Of a stretch of DNA of 21,048 bases, positions 21,042 to 21,048 are shown piece by piece. This DNA comes from Octopus sinensis (lineage: Eukaryota). The stretch lies in contig NW_021823824.1 in NCBI RefSeq assembly GCF_006345805.1, positions 1 through 21,048 of the forward strand. Direction: 5' to 3'. The position numbers and the translations under genes are program-made. Under the pieces are notes generated by a model. That model searched no databases. It was not told the DNA's origin and was given only the letters and a program-made list of their open reading frames with translations. Positions within the stretch are counted from its first letter, which is position 1. The number at the start of each line of letters is the position of its first letter.

Positions 21042-21048
21042 TAGATAG
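20978..21048. repeat. (TA)n-(GA)n-(GATA)n compound microsatellite
   Basis: Directly visible. Confidence 0.95.

Overview
AT-rich, microsatellite-dense animal genomic DNA, most likely octopus or another coleoid cephalopod, inferred from the SINE families and a very GC-rich, divergent 28S sequence. The only supported host gene is on the minus strand and encodes a spongin short-chain collagen C4-like (type IV NC1-related), 10-cysteine domain. I hand-spliced it from three phase-compatible exons (12751-12700, 9926-9852, 8287-7788). A diverged duplicate of the 52-nt exon, with its flanking intron and a decayed RTE LINE, lies at about 14794-17030. It is joined directly to a 10-nt remnant of an upstream exon whose apparently intact paralog sits at the left edge of the window. 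This points to a tandem gene array rearranged by a deletion-fusion or an internal duplication. The rest is a 2.36-kb isolated 28S rDNA fragment, tRNA-derived SINEs, Tc1, mariner, Helitron and Penelope-like remnants, and simple repeats. Most ORF-track entries are artefacts of microsatellites or rDNA. I find no evidence of a wholly new biological system. The best leads are the duplicated 52-nt exon pair, the chimeric gene architecture and the isolated rDNA fragment.
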